Part shown: in pieces, positions 55,478 through 64,000 of the stretch
How positions within the stretch are numbered: position 1 is the first letter of the stretch
Layout of the letters: the number at the start of each line of letters is the position of its first letter
The notes under the pieces: model-generated
The model's input: only the letters and a program-made list of their open reading frames with translations
Databases searched by the model: none
What the model was told of the DNA's origin: nothing
From: Candidatus Omnitrophota bacterium
Lineage (GTDB): Bacteria; Omnitrophota; Gorgyraeia; Zapsychrales; JBDRMG01
Assembly: GCA_043812495.1 (NCBI GenBank)
Contig: JBDRMG010000016.1
Coordinates: 2,137 to 66,136 of the forward strand
Direction of reading: 5' to 3'
Length of the DNA stretch: 64,000 bases
Made by a program: the position numbers and the translations under genes

Positions 55478-55506
55478 ATTGTAACACATAGTTTTTTGAG
55501 TGTCAA
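55478..55506 (-). promoter_or_regulatory. Sigma70 promoter upstream of aroK
   Basis: TTGACA-17 bp-TACAAT with TG extended -10. Confidence 0.7.
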
Positions 55507-55589
55507 ACCCTACCGATTTTGGATTCCTACTATAACTAATGTAAATATTAATAAATAAAAGATTAACTAAAATATTTTGGAGGGGTAAA

Positions 55590-56384
55590 TCAATAGAGTC
55601 CGTAGCCGCTTAAAACCCACACGATGATTTCCTGGGACCAAAAAAGACTGATGATTGCCCCAAGGGCAAGAAACGGACCATAAGGAATGAGGCTTTCTTT
55701 GGTGCGGATTTTGACAATGATGCCCGCCACGGCACCGAATAAAGGAGCAATGAAAAAGGCCAGTATGGCTGACGGCCAGCCCAAAAAGGCACCGATCATG
55801 GCCAGGAGCTTGACATCTCCTCCCCCCATGGATTCTTTTTTAAAAATAAAATCACCTAAAAGACCCATGGCGTAAATGGATCCACCGCCGATGAGGATGC
55901 CCAAGCAAGATCTTTTGGCGGCCAAAAGGACGGATGATGTCTGCTGCAGATCTGGAATCGCAAGGCTTAAGAGAAATCCGACGACAATACCACCCACGCT
56001 GATTTCATCAGGAATGATGCGATACTTGATGTCAACGAATGTGGCGATGATCAATCCGCATACAAAAATCAAATAGGGAATCAAGACCGGGTGCAAGCCA
56101 TAGGTATTGTAAAAAACAATAAAGAAACATGCCGTCAATAGCTCTACGAGAAAATAACGAATCGATATTTTCTCTTTACAAAACCGGCAGCGACCCCGCA
56201 ACAACCAGTAGCTTAAAAGCGGAATATTGTCAAACCACAAAATATTTTTTTTGCAGTGGACACAATGGGAGGACGGCCAGATCACGGATTTTTCTTCGGG
56301 CATCCGGACAATGCACACATTGAGGAAACTGCCCACGGCCGCTCCAATCGCAAAAATGAAAACTTTGATGACGCTATCGATCAT
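55590..56384 (-). CDS. pilD: Prepilin peptidase (A24)
   Basis: GSFLNVCI.R.P, S.C..C, NIP.LS..L.G.CR.C, MGGGDVKL, IPYGPFL. Confidence 0.95.
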   Translation of the reverse strand: MIDSVIKVFIFAIGAAVGSFLNVCIVRMPEEKSVIWPSSHCVHCKKNILWFDNIPLLSYWLLRGRCRFCKEKISIRYFLVELLTACFFIVFYNTYGLHPVLIPYLIFVCGLIIATFVDIKYRIIPDEISVGGIVVGFLLSLAIPDLQQTSSVLLAAKRSCLGILIGGGSIYAMGLLGDFIFKKESMGGGDVKLLAMIGAFLGWPSAILAFFIAPLFGAVAGIIVKIRTKESLIPYGPFLALGAIISLFWSQEIIVWVLSGYGLY

Positions 56385-57249
56385 CGCCTGCGGCCTCCCT
56401 AAGACTTCTTCTCATTTTATCCTTGATATCATCAGCCAATTCGATATCCGCCCAGTGCTGAAAAGCCAAAACCGCTTGATAAAAAAGCATGCCTAACCCA
56501 TTGGCTGTCCTGGCTCCTTGTGCCTTGGCCAGCTTTAAGAGTTTTGTCTCAAGGGGTTTGTAAATACAATCCACCACCAGCAACTTCGCATGAAGTGATT
56601 CTCCGTCGATGAGACAGGGATCTGTTTCTTTCATCCCGATGGGTGTCGCGTTGATCAAGAGATCGCTGATTTCAATATTCAGATCATTAATGTCGGAAAC
56701 GCTTTGCACAATACTGGCATCTAATTTTTGACCCAAATCGGCAATTAATTTTTCCGTCCTAACCGGATAAAGATCATAAATCTTGATAGAGTTTGGCTTT
56801 TGGGGAAGTACGCAAAATGCCGCAACAATCGCCCGCGAGGCTCCGCCGGCACCGAGAATAGCAACTCTCTTTTCTTTTGTGTCAAAACCAAGTTCGACCA
56901 GATGAGTCAAGAAGCCCGGGCCGTCGGTATTAAAACCTTTGAGCTGCCTTTTTTTTGTGATCACGATGGTATTGACGGCATTGGCTTTTTGCGCAAACGG
57001 ACTTAATGAGTCTAAGAAAGGAATAACTTTTTCCTTGTAAGGGACCGTGACATTAAGCCCAAAAATACAAGAAGATTTTTCCTTTAAACGCGTAAAGAAA
57101 TCACCAAGCTCATGTTCCTCTAAAGGAAAGAGTTCATAAACGGCGTCAACGTTAAGTTCCTTGAAAGCGATATTATGAATGACGGGGGAAAGGCTATGGA
57201 CGACGGGATTCCCGATGAGACCATAGGTTGTCTTTTTCTGCTGGGGCAT
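56374..57249 (-). CDS. aroE: Shikimate dehydrogenase
   Basis: HSLSP.IHN, NVTVPYKE, AVNT, NTDG.GF, GAGGA, NATP.GM. Confidence 0.96.
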   Translation of the reverse strand: MPQQKKTTYGLIGNPVVHSLSPVIHNIAFKELNVDAVYELFPLEEHELGDFFTRLKEKSSCIFGLNVTVPYKEKVIPFLDSLSPFAQKANAVNTIVITKKRQLKGFNTDGPGFLTHLVELGFDTKEKRVAILGAGGASRAIVAAFCVLPQKPNSIKIYDLYPVRTEKLIADLGQKLDASIVQSVSDINDLNIEISDLLINATPIGMKETDPCLIDGESLHAKLLVVDCIYKPLETKLLKLAKAQGARTANGLGMLFYQAVLAFQHWADIELADDIKDKMRRSLREAAGDDR

Positions 57250-57256
57250 AATAAGC

Positions 57257-58774
57257 TTACGTCTCGGCGGAAAGCACCTTATTGATGGCATTGACATACG
57301 CTTTGGCGGAAGCGACCAAAATGTCCGTGCTTGTGCCGTGCGTGATGACGCTCTTATTTTTTATTTTGACCTTGACCGTGACTTCGCCCAAAGCGTCTTT
57401 TCCGCGCGTGACGGATTGGATGGAATAATCCAAAAGCTCACCCTTGGTCTTAGTGATAGAGTCAATGGCTTTGTAACAGGCATCTACCGGGCCATCACCC
57501 GATGAGATTTTCTTATATTTTTTTCCTTTGGACTGCAAGACAACCGTCGCCTTCGGCGGAATATCGGTTCCGCTGGTTGTTGTCAAGCTCACCAAGGTCC
57601 AGATATTGCGGACCAATTTGATTTCATCCTCAGCGATCGCCACAAGGTCTTCGTCAAAAACCTCTTTTTTCTTATCCGCGACGCTCTTGAACCGTTCAAA
57701 AGCGCGGTCAACCGCTTCATCCTTGAGATCAATTCCCAGGGATTTCAATCTGACTTTGAAGGCATGGCGTCCCGAATGCTTTCCCAGGACAAGACCTACA
57801 CCCACAAAACCAACATCTTCGGGTTTCATGATTTCATAGGTCGTGCGTTCTTTGATCACGCCATCCTGATGAATACCGGATTCGTGACGAAAGGCATTGG
57901 CGCCCACAATGGCTTTGTTGGGCGCGACGACAAAACCGGCCAATTTGCTCACCAATCGAGACGTCTTGCAAATTTCCTGTGTATGAATATTCGTTGCACA
58001 ACCATACAAATCAGGGCGTGTTTTGACAGCCATGACGATTTCTTCCATGGACGCGTTGCCGGCGCGTTCTCCGATACCGTTTACGGTGCATTCGACCTGC
58101 CGGGCGCCGTTTTTGATGGCTGAAAGAGAATTCGCCACAGCCAAACCCAAATCATTATGGCAATGAACCGAAATAACCGCCTTATGGACATTCACAACAT
58201 TGTTCATGATGCCTGCAATCAACTGACCAAATTCTTCCGGCGTGCTGTATCCCACCGTATCCGGGATATTGATCGTTCGCGCGCCCGCTTCAATGGCGAC
58301 TTCAACGATCTTATAGAGAAAGTCTTTCTCGGTGCGCGACGCGTCTTCGGGTGAAAATTCAATATCTCCCATTTTGCTGTGCGCGTATCGAACGGCTTCC
58401 TCGGCCGCTTTCAAGATTTCTTCTTTACTTTTCTTCAGCTTAAACTGCCGATGGATTTTGGACGTAGCCAAGAAAACATGGATCCGGCCTTTTTTAGCGC
58501 TTTTCAGGGCTTCGTAGGCCGCGTCGATATCCTTTTTCATGGATCGCGCCAGACCGCAGACAATAGAATTTTTGACGGCTTTGGCCACGCGCTTGACAGA
58601 ATTAAAATCACCTTCGGAACTGATGGGAAAACCGGCTTCGATGATATCGACCCCCATGCGCTCCAGGGCGTAAGCAATCTCAAGTTTTTCGTTTTCGTTC
58701 ATGCTTGCGCCCGGTGCTTGCTCTCCGTCGCGCAAGGTTGTATCAAAAATCAAAACTTTACTTTTGTTGTCCAT
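57257..58774 (-). CDS. leuA: 2-isopropylmalate synthase
   Basis: [41 protein letters not shown]. Confidence 0.98.
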   Translation of the reverse strand: MDNKSKVLIFDTTLRDGEQAPGASMNENEKLEIAYALERMGVDIIEAGFPISSEGDFNSVKRVAKAVKNSIVCGLARSMKKDIDAAYEALKSAKKGRIHVFLATSKIHRQFKLKKSKEEILKAAEEAVRYAHSKMGDIEFSPEDASRTEKDFLYKIVEVAIEAGARTINIPDTVGYSTPEEFGQLIAGIMNNVVNVHKAVISVHCHNDLGLAVANSLSAIKNGARQVECTVNGIGERAGNASMEEIVMAVKTRPDLYGCATNIHTQEICKTSRLVSKLAGFVVAPNKAIVGANAFRHESGIHQDGVIKERTTYEIMKPEDVGFVGVGLVLGKHSGRHAFKVRLKSLGIDLKDEAVDRAFERFKSVADKKKEVFDEDLVAIAEDEIKLVRNIWTLVSLTTTSGTDIPPKATVVLQSKGKKYKKISSGDGPVDACYKAIDSITKTKGELLDYSIQSVTRGKDALGEVTVKVKIKNKSVITHGTSTDILVASAKAYVNAINKVLSAET

Positions 58775-58787
58775 CGCGTTTTCTCTG

Positions 58788-59405
58788 TTATTGGTTGTTT
58801 TGAAATACTTTTACCTTTTCCTTGGCTAGGCTAAGCGGCAAGATCGCTTCTCCGATTCCATAATCGTTGGCATGAGAATAAATTCGTATGTCGTTTAATT
58901 CTTCGACCGGAACATATCTTTTTTTAGTACCGATAAAGCGGATGTTCATGCCCTTGGTTTTAATTTCCATAGGCTCAATGCCGAAAAGCTGCGTGAAATC
59001 CTTCAATGTCTTTTTTGAGTATCCCCATTTGTGATTTCCGAAATGACCCAAATACACTTCAGAGCGCAGCATATTCTCTCCAAATAATGAGTCCACAAAG
59101 TTATCAAAATCAAGCTTAAAGTAGCTCAAGAGTATCTTGCGAAAATCAGGAACTTGCAGAGTGATTGTTCCGCCTATTCTTAAAACTCTCGCCCAATCCC
59201 CAAACACAATAAACCTCATGTATTTATCAAAATGTTCCAGAAGGTCTTCGGCCAAAATTTCGTCGACAGACTGATCGGCATAAGGCAAGGGTTTTGAAAT
59301 ATCGTGCGCGAGATCCGGCTGGCAATCTTTAACGGAATCAATATTCACCCAACCGGATAACTTGTTCGTTCCACAACCTAAATGCAGCTTTAAGGATTCA
59401 GACAT
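58788..59405 (-). CDS. SAM-dependent methyltransferase (Methyltransf_11-like)
   Basis: KLHLGCG...GWVNID, LPY.D.SVD.I....LEH, RVL..GG....VPD. Confidence 0.85.
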   Translation of the reverse strand: MSESLKLHLGCGTNKLSGWVNIDSVKDCQPDLAHDISKPLPYADQSVDEILAEDLLEHFDKYMRFIVFGDWARVLRIGGTITLQVPDFRKILLSYFKLDFDNFVDSLFGENMLRSEVYLGHFGNHKWGYSKKTLKDFTQLFGIEPMEIKTKGMNIRFIGTKKRYVPVEELNDIRIYSHANDYGIGEAILPLSLAKEKVKVFQNNQ

Positions 59406-59445
59406 TCATTTGACCGTTTATTTAGTCTTCCTCCAAGGCATCATA

Positions 59446-59541
59446 AATGACCCCGCCGCTTTTTGCTTTTTTCTATAACAAAAAGCAAAAGGCGGGGGAA
59501 TTTATCCCGAGCCCGCCTATGATTTGATGGCGGGCGAGGGA
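59446..59541 (-). repeat. Composite palindromic element
   Basis: AATGA ccccgcc..ttttgctttt/aaaagcaaaa..ggcgggg GAATT, ta, tccc-ga-gcccgcc..ggcgggc-ga-ggga. Confidence 0.8.
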
Positions 59542-59543
59542 TT

Positions 59544-60536
59544 TCAATGTTTCATCCAAGGCATCATATCTCGTAATTGACGCCCCACGTCTTCGATTTT
59601 GTGCTGGTCGGCTTCTTCGCGCCATTTGGTCAGATTGGGCCGGCCTTTTTTATTTTCGCGAATCCATTCGCGCGCAAATTTCCCTGATTGAACATCGGCA
59701 AGCATCTTTTTCATGATCTTGCGCGTCTTATCGTTGATCACTTTCTTACCGCGGGAAAAGTCTCCGTATTCCGCTGTATCCGAAACACGTTTGCGCATCC
59801 CTTGAATACCGACTTCATAGATAAGATCCGTGATTAATTTTAACTCATGCAGGCATTCAAAATAAGCGATCTCGGGCTGATAGCCGGCTTCCACAAGCGT
59901 ATCGAATCCGGCCTTGATCAATTCGCTCACGCCGCCGCAGAGAACCGCTTGCTCGCCAAAAAGATCAGTTTCTGTTTCTTCTTTGAAGGTCGTTTCGATC
60001 ACGCCAGCCCTTGTGCCGCCGATTCCTTTGGCGTAAGCCAAGGCTTTTTGCAAAGCTTTGCCCGAGGCATCCTGATGAATGGCCACTAGGCAAGGAACGC
60101 CTTTGCCTTCCTCATACTGACGACGGACCAAAGCGCCGGGACCTTTGGGCGCGATCATAAAAACATCCACATCCGCCGGAGGATCAATCTGCCCAAAGTG
60201 AATGTTAAACCCATGGGAGAACATAATGGATTTTCCGCTTTTTAAATGCCGTCGGATGGATTTCTTATAAACCATGGCCTGGATATGGTCCTGCGTGAGG
60301 ATCTGAATAATATCGGCATTCTTGGCAGCGGTATTGGCATCCACCGGATCAAAACCGTCTTGTTTGGCCATCTCATAATTGGGTGTTCCCTCAAGTTCGC
60401 TGACGATAACTTTCAAACCGCTATCGCGCAGATTCAAGGCCTGGCCGCGACCTTGAATTCCATATCCCACAATCGCAATCGTTTGATCGTTGAGAATATT
60501 CGAATCAGCATCTTTGTCATAATAAATTTTTGCCAT
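59544..60536 (-). CDS. ilvC: Ketol-acid reductoisomerase
   Basis: [48 protein letters not shown]. Confidence 0.98.
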   Translation of the reverse strand: MAKIYYDKDADSNILNDQTIAIVGYGIQGRGQALNLRDSGLKVIVSELEGTPNYEMAKQDGFDPVDANTAAKNADIIQILTQDHIQAMVYKKSIRRHLKSGKSIMFSHGFNIHFGQIDPPADVDVFMIAPKGPGALVRRQYEEGKGVPCLVAIHQDASGKALQKALAYAKGIGGTRAGVIETTFKEETETDLFGEQAVLCGGVSELIKAGFDTLVEAGYQPEIAYFECLHELKLITDLIYEVGIQGMRKRVSDTAEYGDFSRGKKVINDKTRKIMKKMLADVQSGKFAREWIRENKKGRPNLTKWREEADQHKIEDVGRQLRDMMPWMKH

Positions 60537-60551
60537 AATGAAACCTCCTTC

Positions 60552-60778
60552 AATGACGACACAACTTATGGAGTCCGAAGGACGACATAAGTTGTGCGTC
60601 GGGATTGAACCCCCACGCCAATTTTCCTGAAATACTAAAACTTAACCTAATATTGCTATTATTTTCAAACTACATATAAATATTCTCCCCACATAATAAA
60701 AATTGGTGTGGGGGTAAATTCAGCCTATGACTTAGCTCCCCCGATGATACATCGGGGGAGCTAAGTCATGGCTTCATT
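60552..60778. mobile_element. Symmetric tripartite palindromic element (hairpin, MITE-like TIR core, hairpin)
   Basis: AATGA-hairpin-GGATT 60552-60606; TIR CCCCCACGCCAATTTT/AAAATTGGTGTGGGGG 60610-60714; AATTC-hairpin-TCATT 60717-60778. Confidence 0.8.
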
Positions 60779-62094
60779 TAATCGTCTCCCTCACCGTCTA
60801 GAACAGCTTTCGATGATTTGATGCCCAATTTAAAATCCTTGGGCTGGATAAAATCCTCAACGGTCTTCTTGGTGTCATTCACTCTCAGTTGCTTGAAGAG
60901 AAAATCGAATTTTGACTCGATCTCTTGCGCAATACCTTCTTTGATTTCTTCGGGAAGCTCCATAATCTCTCTTTTAAAAGGACCCAGGGCTTTCTTGCGT
61001 GTCTTGTAAATAAACTGATCTTCCGTCTGCCCGTCTTTCATTTCTTTAGCGCAATTCTTTTTCAACCATGCATACATCTTATCTTTGAGTTCCTTCGGAA
61101 AAATCGTGCTATCGAACATCATGTTCTGAAAGTTTGTCGCCAGATGAACTTCCAGTGTTTCGTTGTCGGGTAATTTTCCGAAAGCCGCCGGAGGCAAGGT
61201 GGACGCTCCATGCTGAACCGTTCCGCCCAAATGATAATTTTCCCGTCCATACTTTGCAAGATTTTTAAGGACATCGAAATCGACTTTGACCTGCGCAATC
61301 GAGCCATCCGGTAGAACAACGCCTCCGTGCGAGGTTCCTGTCTGAACGCTGATTTTGCTGATTCCCTCCATTCCCGGAGGAAGGCTGTCTAAGTAGCCGT
61401 CCATATAGGCCTTGAGTTCCTTAATGTTAGAATTCTTTCCGCCCACTTCGCCGATTTCACCGCCGACGGATACCACAATGCCCTCGGGCTGAACCTTGCG
61501 AATGTATTTGGTCAATTCGGCGCATACCTCAAAATTGTCTCTTTGTTGTTCCAGGATTTCCTTTCTCTCCAAATCAACAACGGTAGAGCTGTCGATATCG
61601 ATATTGAGGAAACCGGCTCCCACGGCATCGTCAATGAGATGTTTTAAACCGTTGACTTCTTTTTCGCGATCCACAGCAAACATTTTAGCATTGAGCTGAA
61701 AATGATCCCCTTGGATAAAAACAGGACCGCTGTATTCCTCTTTAATGGCGGCCGCCAGAATAACGCCCGTGTATTCCATGGGCGGTTGATCGGTGTAGCC
61801 CATTTCGGATTTGGCAATCTCAAAGATAAAGGCCCCGGCATTGTTTTTCTTGGCAACACGGAAGATCGCCCTCGCTAAATAATAGGTCAAATTTCTCAGA
61901 TTGATTGCCGGCACTGTAAAACCAGAAACTTTGCCTTCTCCTACCGCTTTGTACAAATCATGAATCGAGGCAAGAAAAATACCCTTCTCTTTAGCCATCG
62001 CTTGAATTTGATTTGTGATTTTCTGCTTTTTTTCGGCGCTCTCGGTCATGATGAGATCTTTTGCGATTTGATCAATATCCTTTTTGCTTGTCAT
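60778..62094 (-). CDS. Class II fructose-bisphosphate aldolase-family protein (long variant)
   Basis: VPAINLR, IQGDH, GEIGEVGG, GTSHGG, VQHGAS metal and substrate motifs. Confidence 0.85.
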   Translation of the reverse strand: MTSKKDIDQIAKDLIMTESAEKKQKITNQIQAMAKEKGIFLASIHDLYKAVGEGKVSGFTVPAINLRNLTYYLARAIFRVAKKNNAGAFIFEIAKSEMGYTDQPPMEYTGVILAAAIKEEYSGPVFIQGDHFQLNAKMFAVDREKEVNGLKHLIDDAVGAGFLNIDIDSSTVVDLERKEILEQQRDNFEVCAELTKYIRKVQPEGIVVSVGGEIGEVGGKNSNIKELKAYMDGYLDSLPPGMEGISKISVQTGTSHGGVVLPDGSIAQVKVDFDVLKNLAKYGRENYHLGGTVQHGASTLPPAAFGKLPDNETLEVHLATNFQNMMFDSTIFPKELKDKMYAWLKKNCAKEMKDGQTEDQFIYKTRKKALGPFKREIMELPEEIKEGIAQEIESKFDFLFKQLRVNDTKKTVEDFIQPKDFKLGIKSSKAVLDGEGDD

Positions 62095-62146
62095 TTGAGT
62101 ATCCTCTGTTTGTTGATTGGTGAAAAAAATGCGTAAGCCGATGAAT

Positions 62147-63403
62147 TTATGTACCTATCTCCCAGCTCGATAAATATTTTGTTTGCTCGGCTGTGAGCGT
62201 ATCAATCTTAATGCCAAGGCACTCCAGCTTAAGCTTGGCGATCATGCGATCGATTTTTTCCGGAACGCAGTAAACTTTTTTCTCTAATTTTTCGTAATTC
62301 TTGGCCACATACTCTGCGCTCAGCGCTTGATTCGCAAAACTCATATCCATGACAGAGGCCGGATGACCTTCTCCGGCGGCCAGGTTAATGAGCCGTCCCT
62401 CTCCTAATAAATAGATACATCGGCCGTTTTTTAAAGTAAATTCTTCGACAAAATCACGAATTAACCGTCTTGATTTTGTGATTGTTTTTAGCCCATCAAG
62501 GTCCAGTTCCGCATCAAAATGACCGGCATTGGCCATGATTGCGCCATCTTTCATCAAAAGCATATGTTCGCTCCTAATGACATTCAGATCGCCGGTCACT
62601 GTGACAAAAATGTCTCCTTGTTGTGCCGCTTCTTTAATCGGCATAACTTCATATCCGTCCATATTGGCTTCAAGGGCTCTTAAAGGATCAGTTTCCGTAA
62701 CAATAACGCGCGCACCCATTCCATTAGCCCGCATGGCTGTTCCGCGACCGCACCATCCGTAACCGCAAACGACAAAAACAGATCCAGCCATCAGTCGATT
62801 GGTGGCGCGAATGATTCCATCCACCGTGGATTGTCCTGTCCCGTAACGATTATCAAAAAAATGTTTTGTCATGGCTTCATTGACAGCGACGATAGGATAC
62901 ATGAGTAATCCTTGGGCTTCCAGGCTTTTTAGCCGGATGACTCCTGTCGTTGTCTCTTCTGTCCCAGCCCAAATATTTTTGGCTAAATTTTTTCTTTTGC
63001 CATGCACTTCGGAAACCAAATCTGCTCCGTCATCCATTGTGATGTTGGGTTTGGGATCCAGAACAGCATTGAGATGCTGATAGTAGGTCTTTGTGTCTTC
63101 ACCCTTAATCGCAAAAACAGGTATTCCAAAATCTTTGACAAGGGAAGCGGCCACGTCATCTTGGGTAGATAATGGATTGGAGGCGCAGACATAGGTCTTG
63201 GCTCCTCCGGCCTTAAGCACGCGAGCCAAATTTCCCGTTTCTGTTGTCACATGCAAACAGCAAGCAACGGTCGCTCCTTTTAAGGGTTTTTCTTTCTTAA
63301 ATCTTTTTTCAATACTATGTAAAACGGGCATATCCCTACCCGCCCATTCAATGCGCAGTTTTCCTTTCTTTGCCAATGCCAGATTTTTAACATCATATTT
63401 CAT
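62147..63403 (-). CDS. ahcY: Adenosylhomocysteinase
   Basis: [47 protein letters not shown]. Confidence 0.98.
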   Translation of the reverse strand: MKYDVKNLALAKKGKLRIEWAGRDMPVLHSIEKRFKKEKPLKGATVACCLHVTTETGNLARVLKAGGAKTYVCASNPLSTQDDVAASLVKDFGIPVFAIKGEDTKTYYQHLNAVLDPKPNITMDDGADLVSEVHGKRKNLAKNIWAGTEETTTGVIRLKSLEAQGLLMYPIVAVNEAMTKHFFDNRYGTGQSTVDGIIRATNRLMAGSVFVVCGYGWCGRGTAMRANGMGARVIVTETDPLRALEANMDGYEVMPIKEAAQQGDIFVTVTGDLNVIRSEHMLLMKDGAIMANAGHFDAELDLDGLKTITKSRRLIRDFVEEFTLKNGRCIYLLGEGRLINLAAGEGHPASVMDMSFANQALSAEYVAKNYEKLEKKVYCVPEKIDRMIAKLKLECLGIKIDTLTAEQTKYLSSWEIGT

Positions 63404-63406
63404 GAA

Positions 63407-64000
63407 TTATGCATCCTTTCGCAATTTCTCGGCTTTGTCTGTCTTCTCCCAGGTAAATTCTTTACGGCCCAAATGTCCGTAGGCGGCAGTCTTCTGATAA
63501 ATCGGCCGCAATAATTTCAGTTCTTTGATGATCCCTTGCGGCGTCAGTTGAAAATGCTTTTTCACCAGATGGACTAATTTCTGCTCGGAAACTTTTCCCG
63601 TTCCAAACGTATCGATCACAAGGCCGACAGGTTCGGCCTTGCCGATGCAATAGCCGAGCTGAACCCAGCATTTTGTTGCTAATTTGGCCGCAACAATGTT
63701 CTTAGCGATATAGCGTGCCATGTACGTGGCCGAACGATCGACCTTGGAAGGATCTTTGCCCGAAAAAGCCCCGCCGCCGTGAGACACAATGCCGCCATAG
63801 GTATCTACGATAATTTTTCTTCCCGTCATCCCCGTATCGGATTGGGGTCCGCCCACAACGAATTTTCCTGTTTGATTGACGTAAAATTTTGTTTTTCTGT
63901 CGATCATCTTGCCCAAAACAGGAGTAGCCACTGTCCTGATAATTTCTTGCCGTGCTTTGTTCGTAATCTTCTTGCCTGTTTTGTCTAAGATATCCGCTGT
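63407..64000 (-). CDS. metK: S-adenosylmethionine synthetase, 5' part outside the window
   Basis: [44 protein letters not shown]. Confidence 0.97.
   Translation of the reverse strand, partial: TADILDKTGKKITNKARQEIIRTVATPVLGKMIDRKTKFYVNQTGKFVVGGPQSDTGMTGRKIIVDTYGGIVSHGGGAFSGKDPSKVDRSATYMARYIAKNIVAAKLATKCWVQLGYCIGKAEPVGLVIDTFGTGKVSEQKLVHLVKKHFQLTPQGIIKELKLLRPIYQKTAAYGHLGRKEFTWEKTDKAEKLRKDA

Noticed and set aside
1647-60778. Hairpin family as integron attC sites or dif sites
   Set aside because: No RYYYAAC/GTTRRRY ends, flanking genes are core genes, the only recombinase is a plain XerC, and the TTATG/CATAA arms are in the opposite order to dif.
60717-60778. Hairpins as simple rho-independent terminators
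   Set aside because: No U-tracts, both orientations occur, some overlap coding ends, and the shared flanks and bulges are not expected of terminators. A secondary terminator role is not excluded.
1-64000. All genes on one strand
   Set aside because: Consistent with ordinary leading-strand and operon bias; it cannot be evaluated further without the origin position.

Overview
64 kb of a diderm (LPS-making) bacterial chromosome in which every credible gene lies on the minus strand. The gene content and the giant-protein family suggest Candidatus Omnitrophota (inference from recall, not verified). Most of the window is housekeeping: tgt-queA, ruvB, scpA, trpS, infB-nusA-rimP-proS, rseP-dxr-cdsA-uppS, purA, serA, clpP-tig, lptB-lptC/A-kdsCDAB-hldA, an LPS core/lipid A block, xerC-topA-dprA, aroK, pilD, aroE, leuA, ilvC, an aldolase, ahcY and metK. 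An accessory island (~30.0-40.3 kb) splits the LPS locus. It holds a 2405-aa predicted exported protein (signal peptide, N-terminal scaffold, M48-type HExxH peptidase, UbiB/ABC1-type kinase, short C-terminal motif), an orphan diverged copy of that protein's C-terminal motif, an HTH-MNT/HEPN pair and an AAA+DUF4143 ATPase. The most striking non-coding signal is a family of composite palindromic elements at six gene junctions. Their stems differ in sequence but share flanks (AATTC...TCATT), a bulge position and often a TC/TC internal loop. They are paired with CCCC...GGGG modules, one carries nested REP-like insertions, and two supply the C-terminal codons of host genes. No rRNA, tRNA, CRISPR array or transposase gene was seen.
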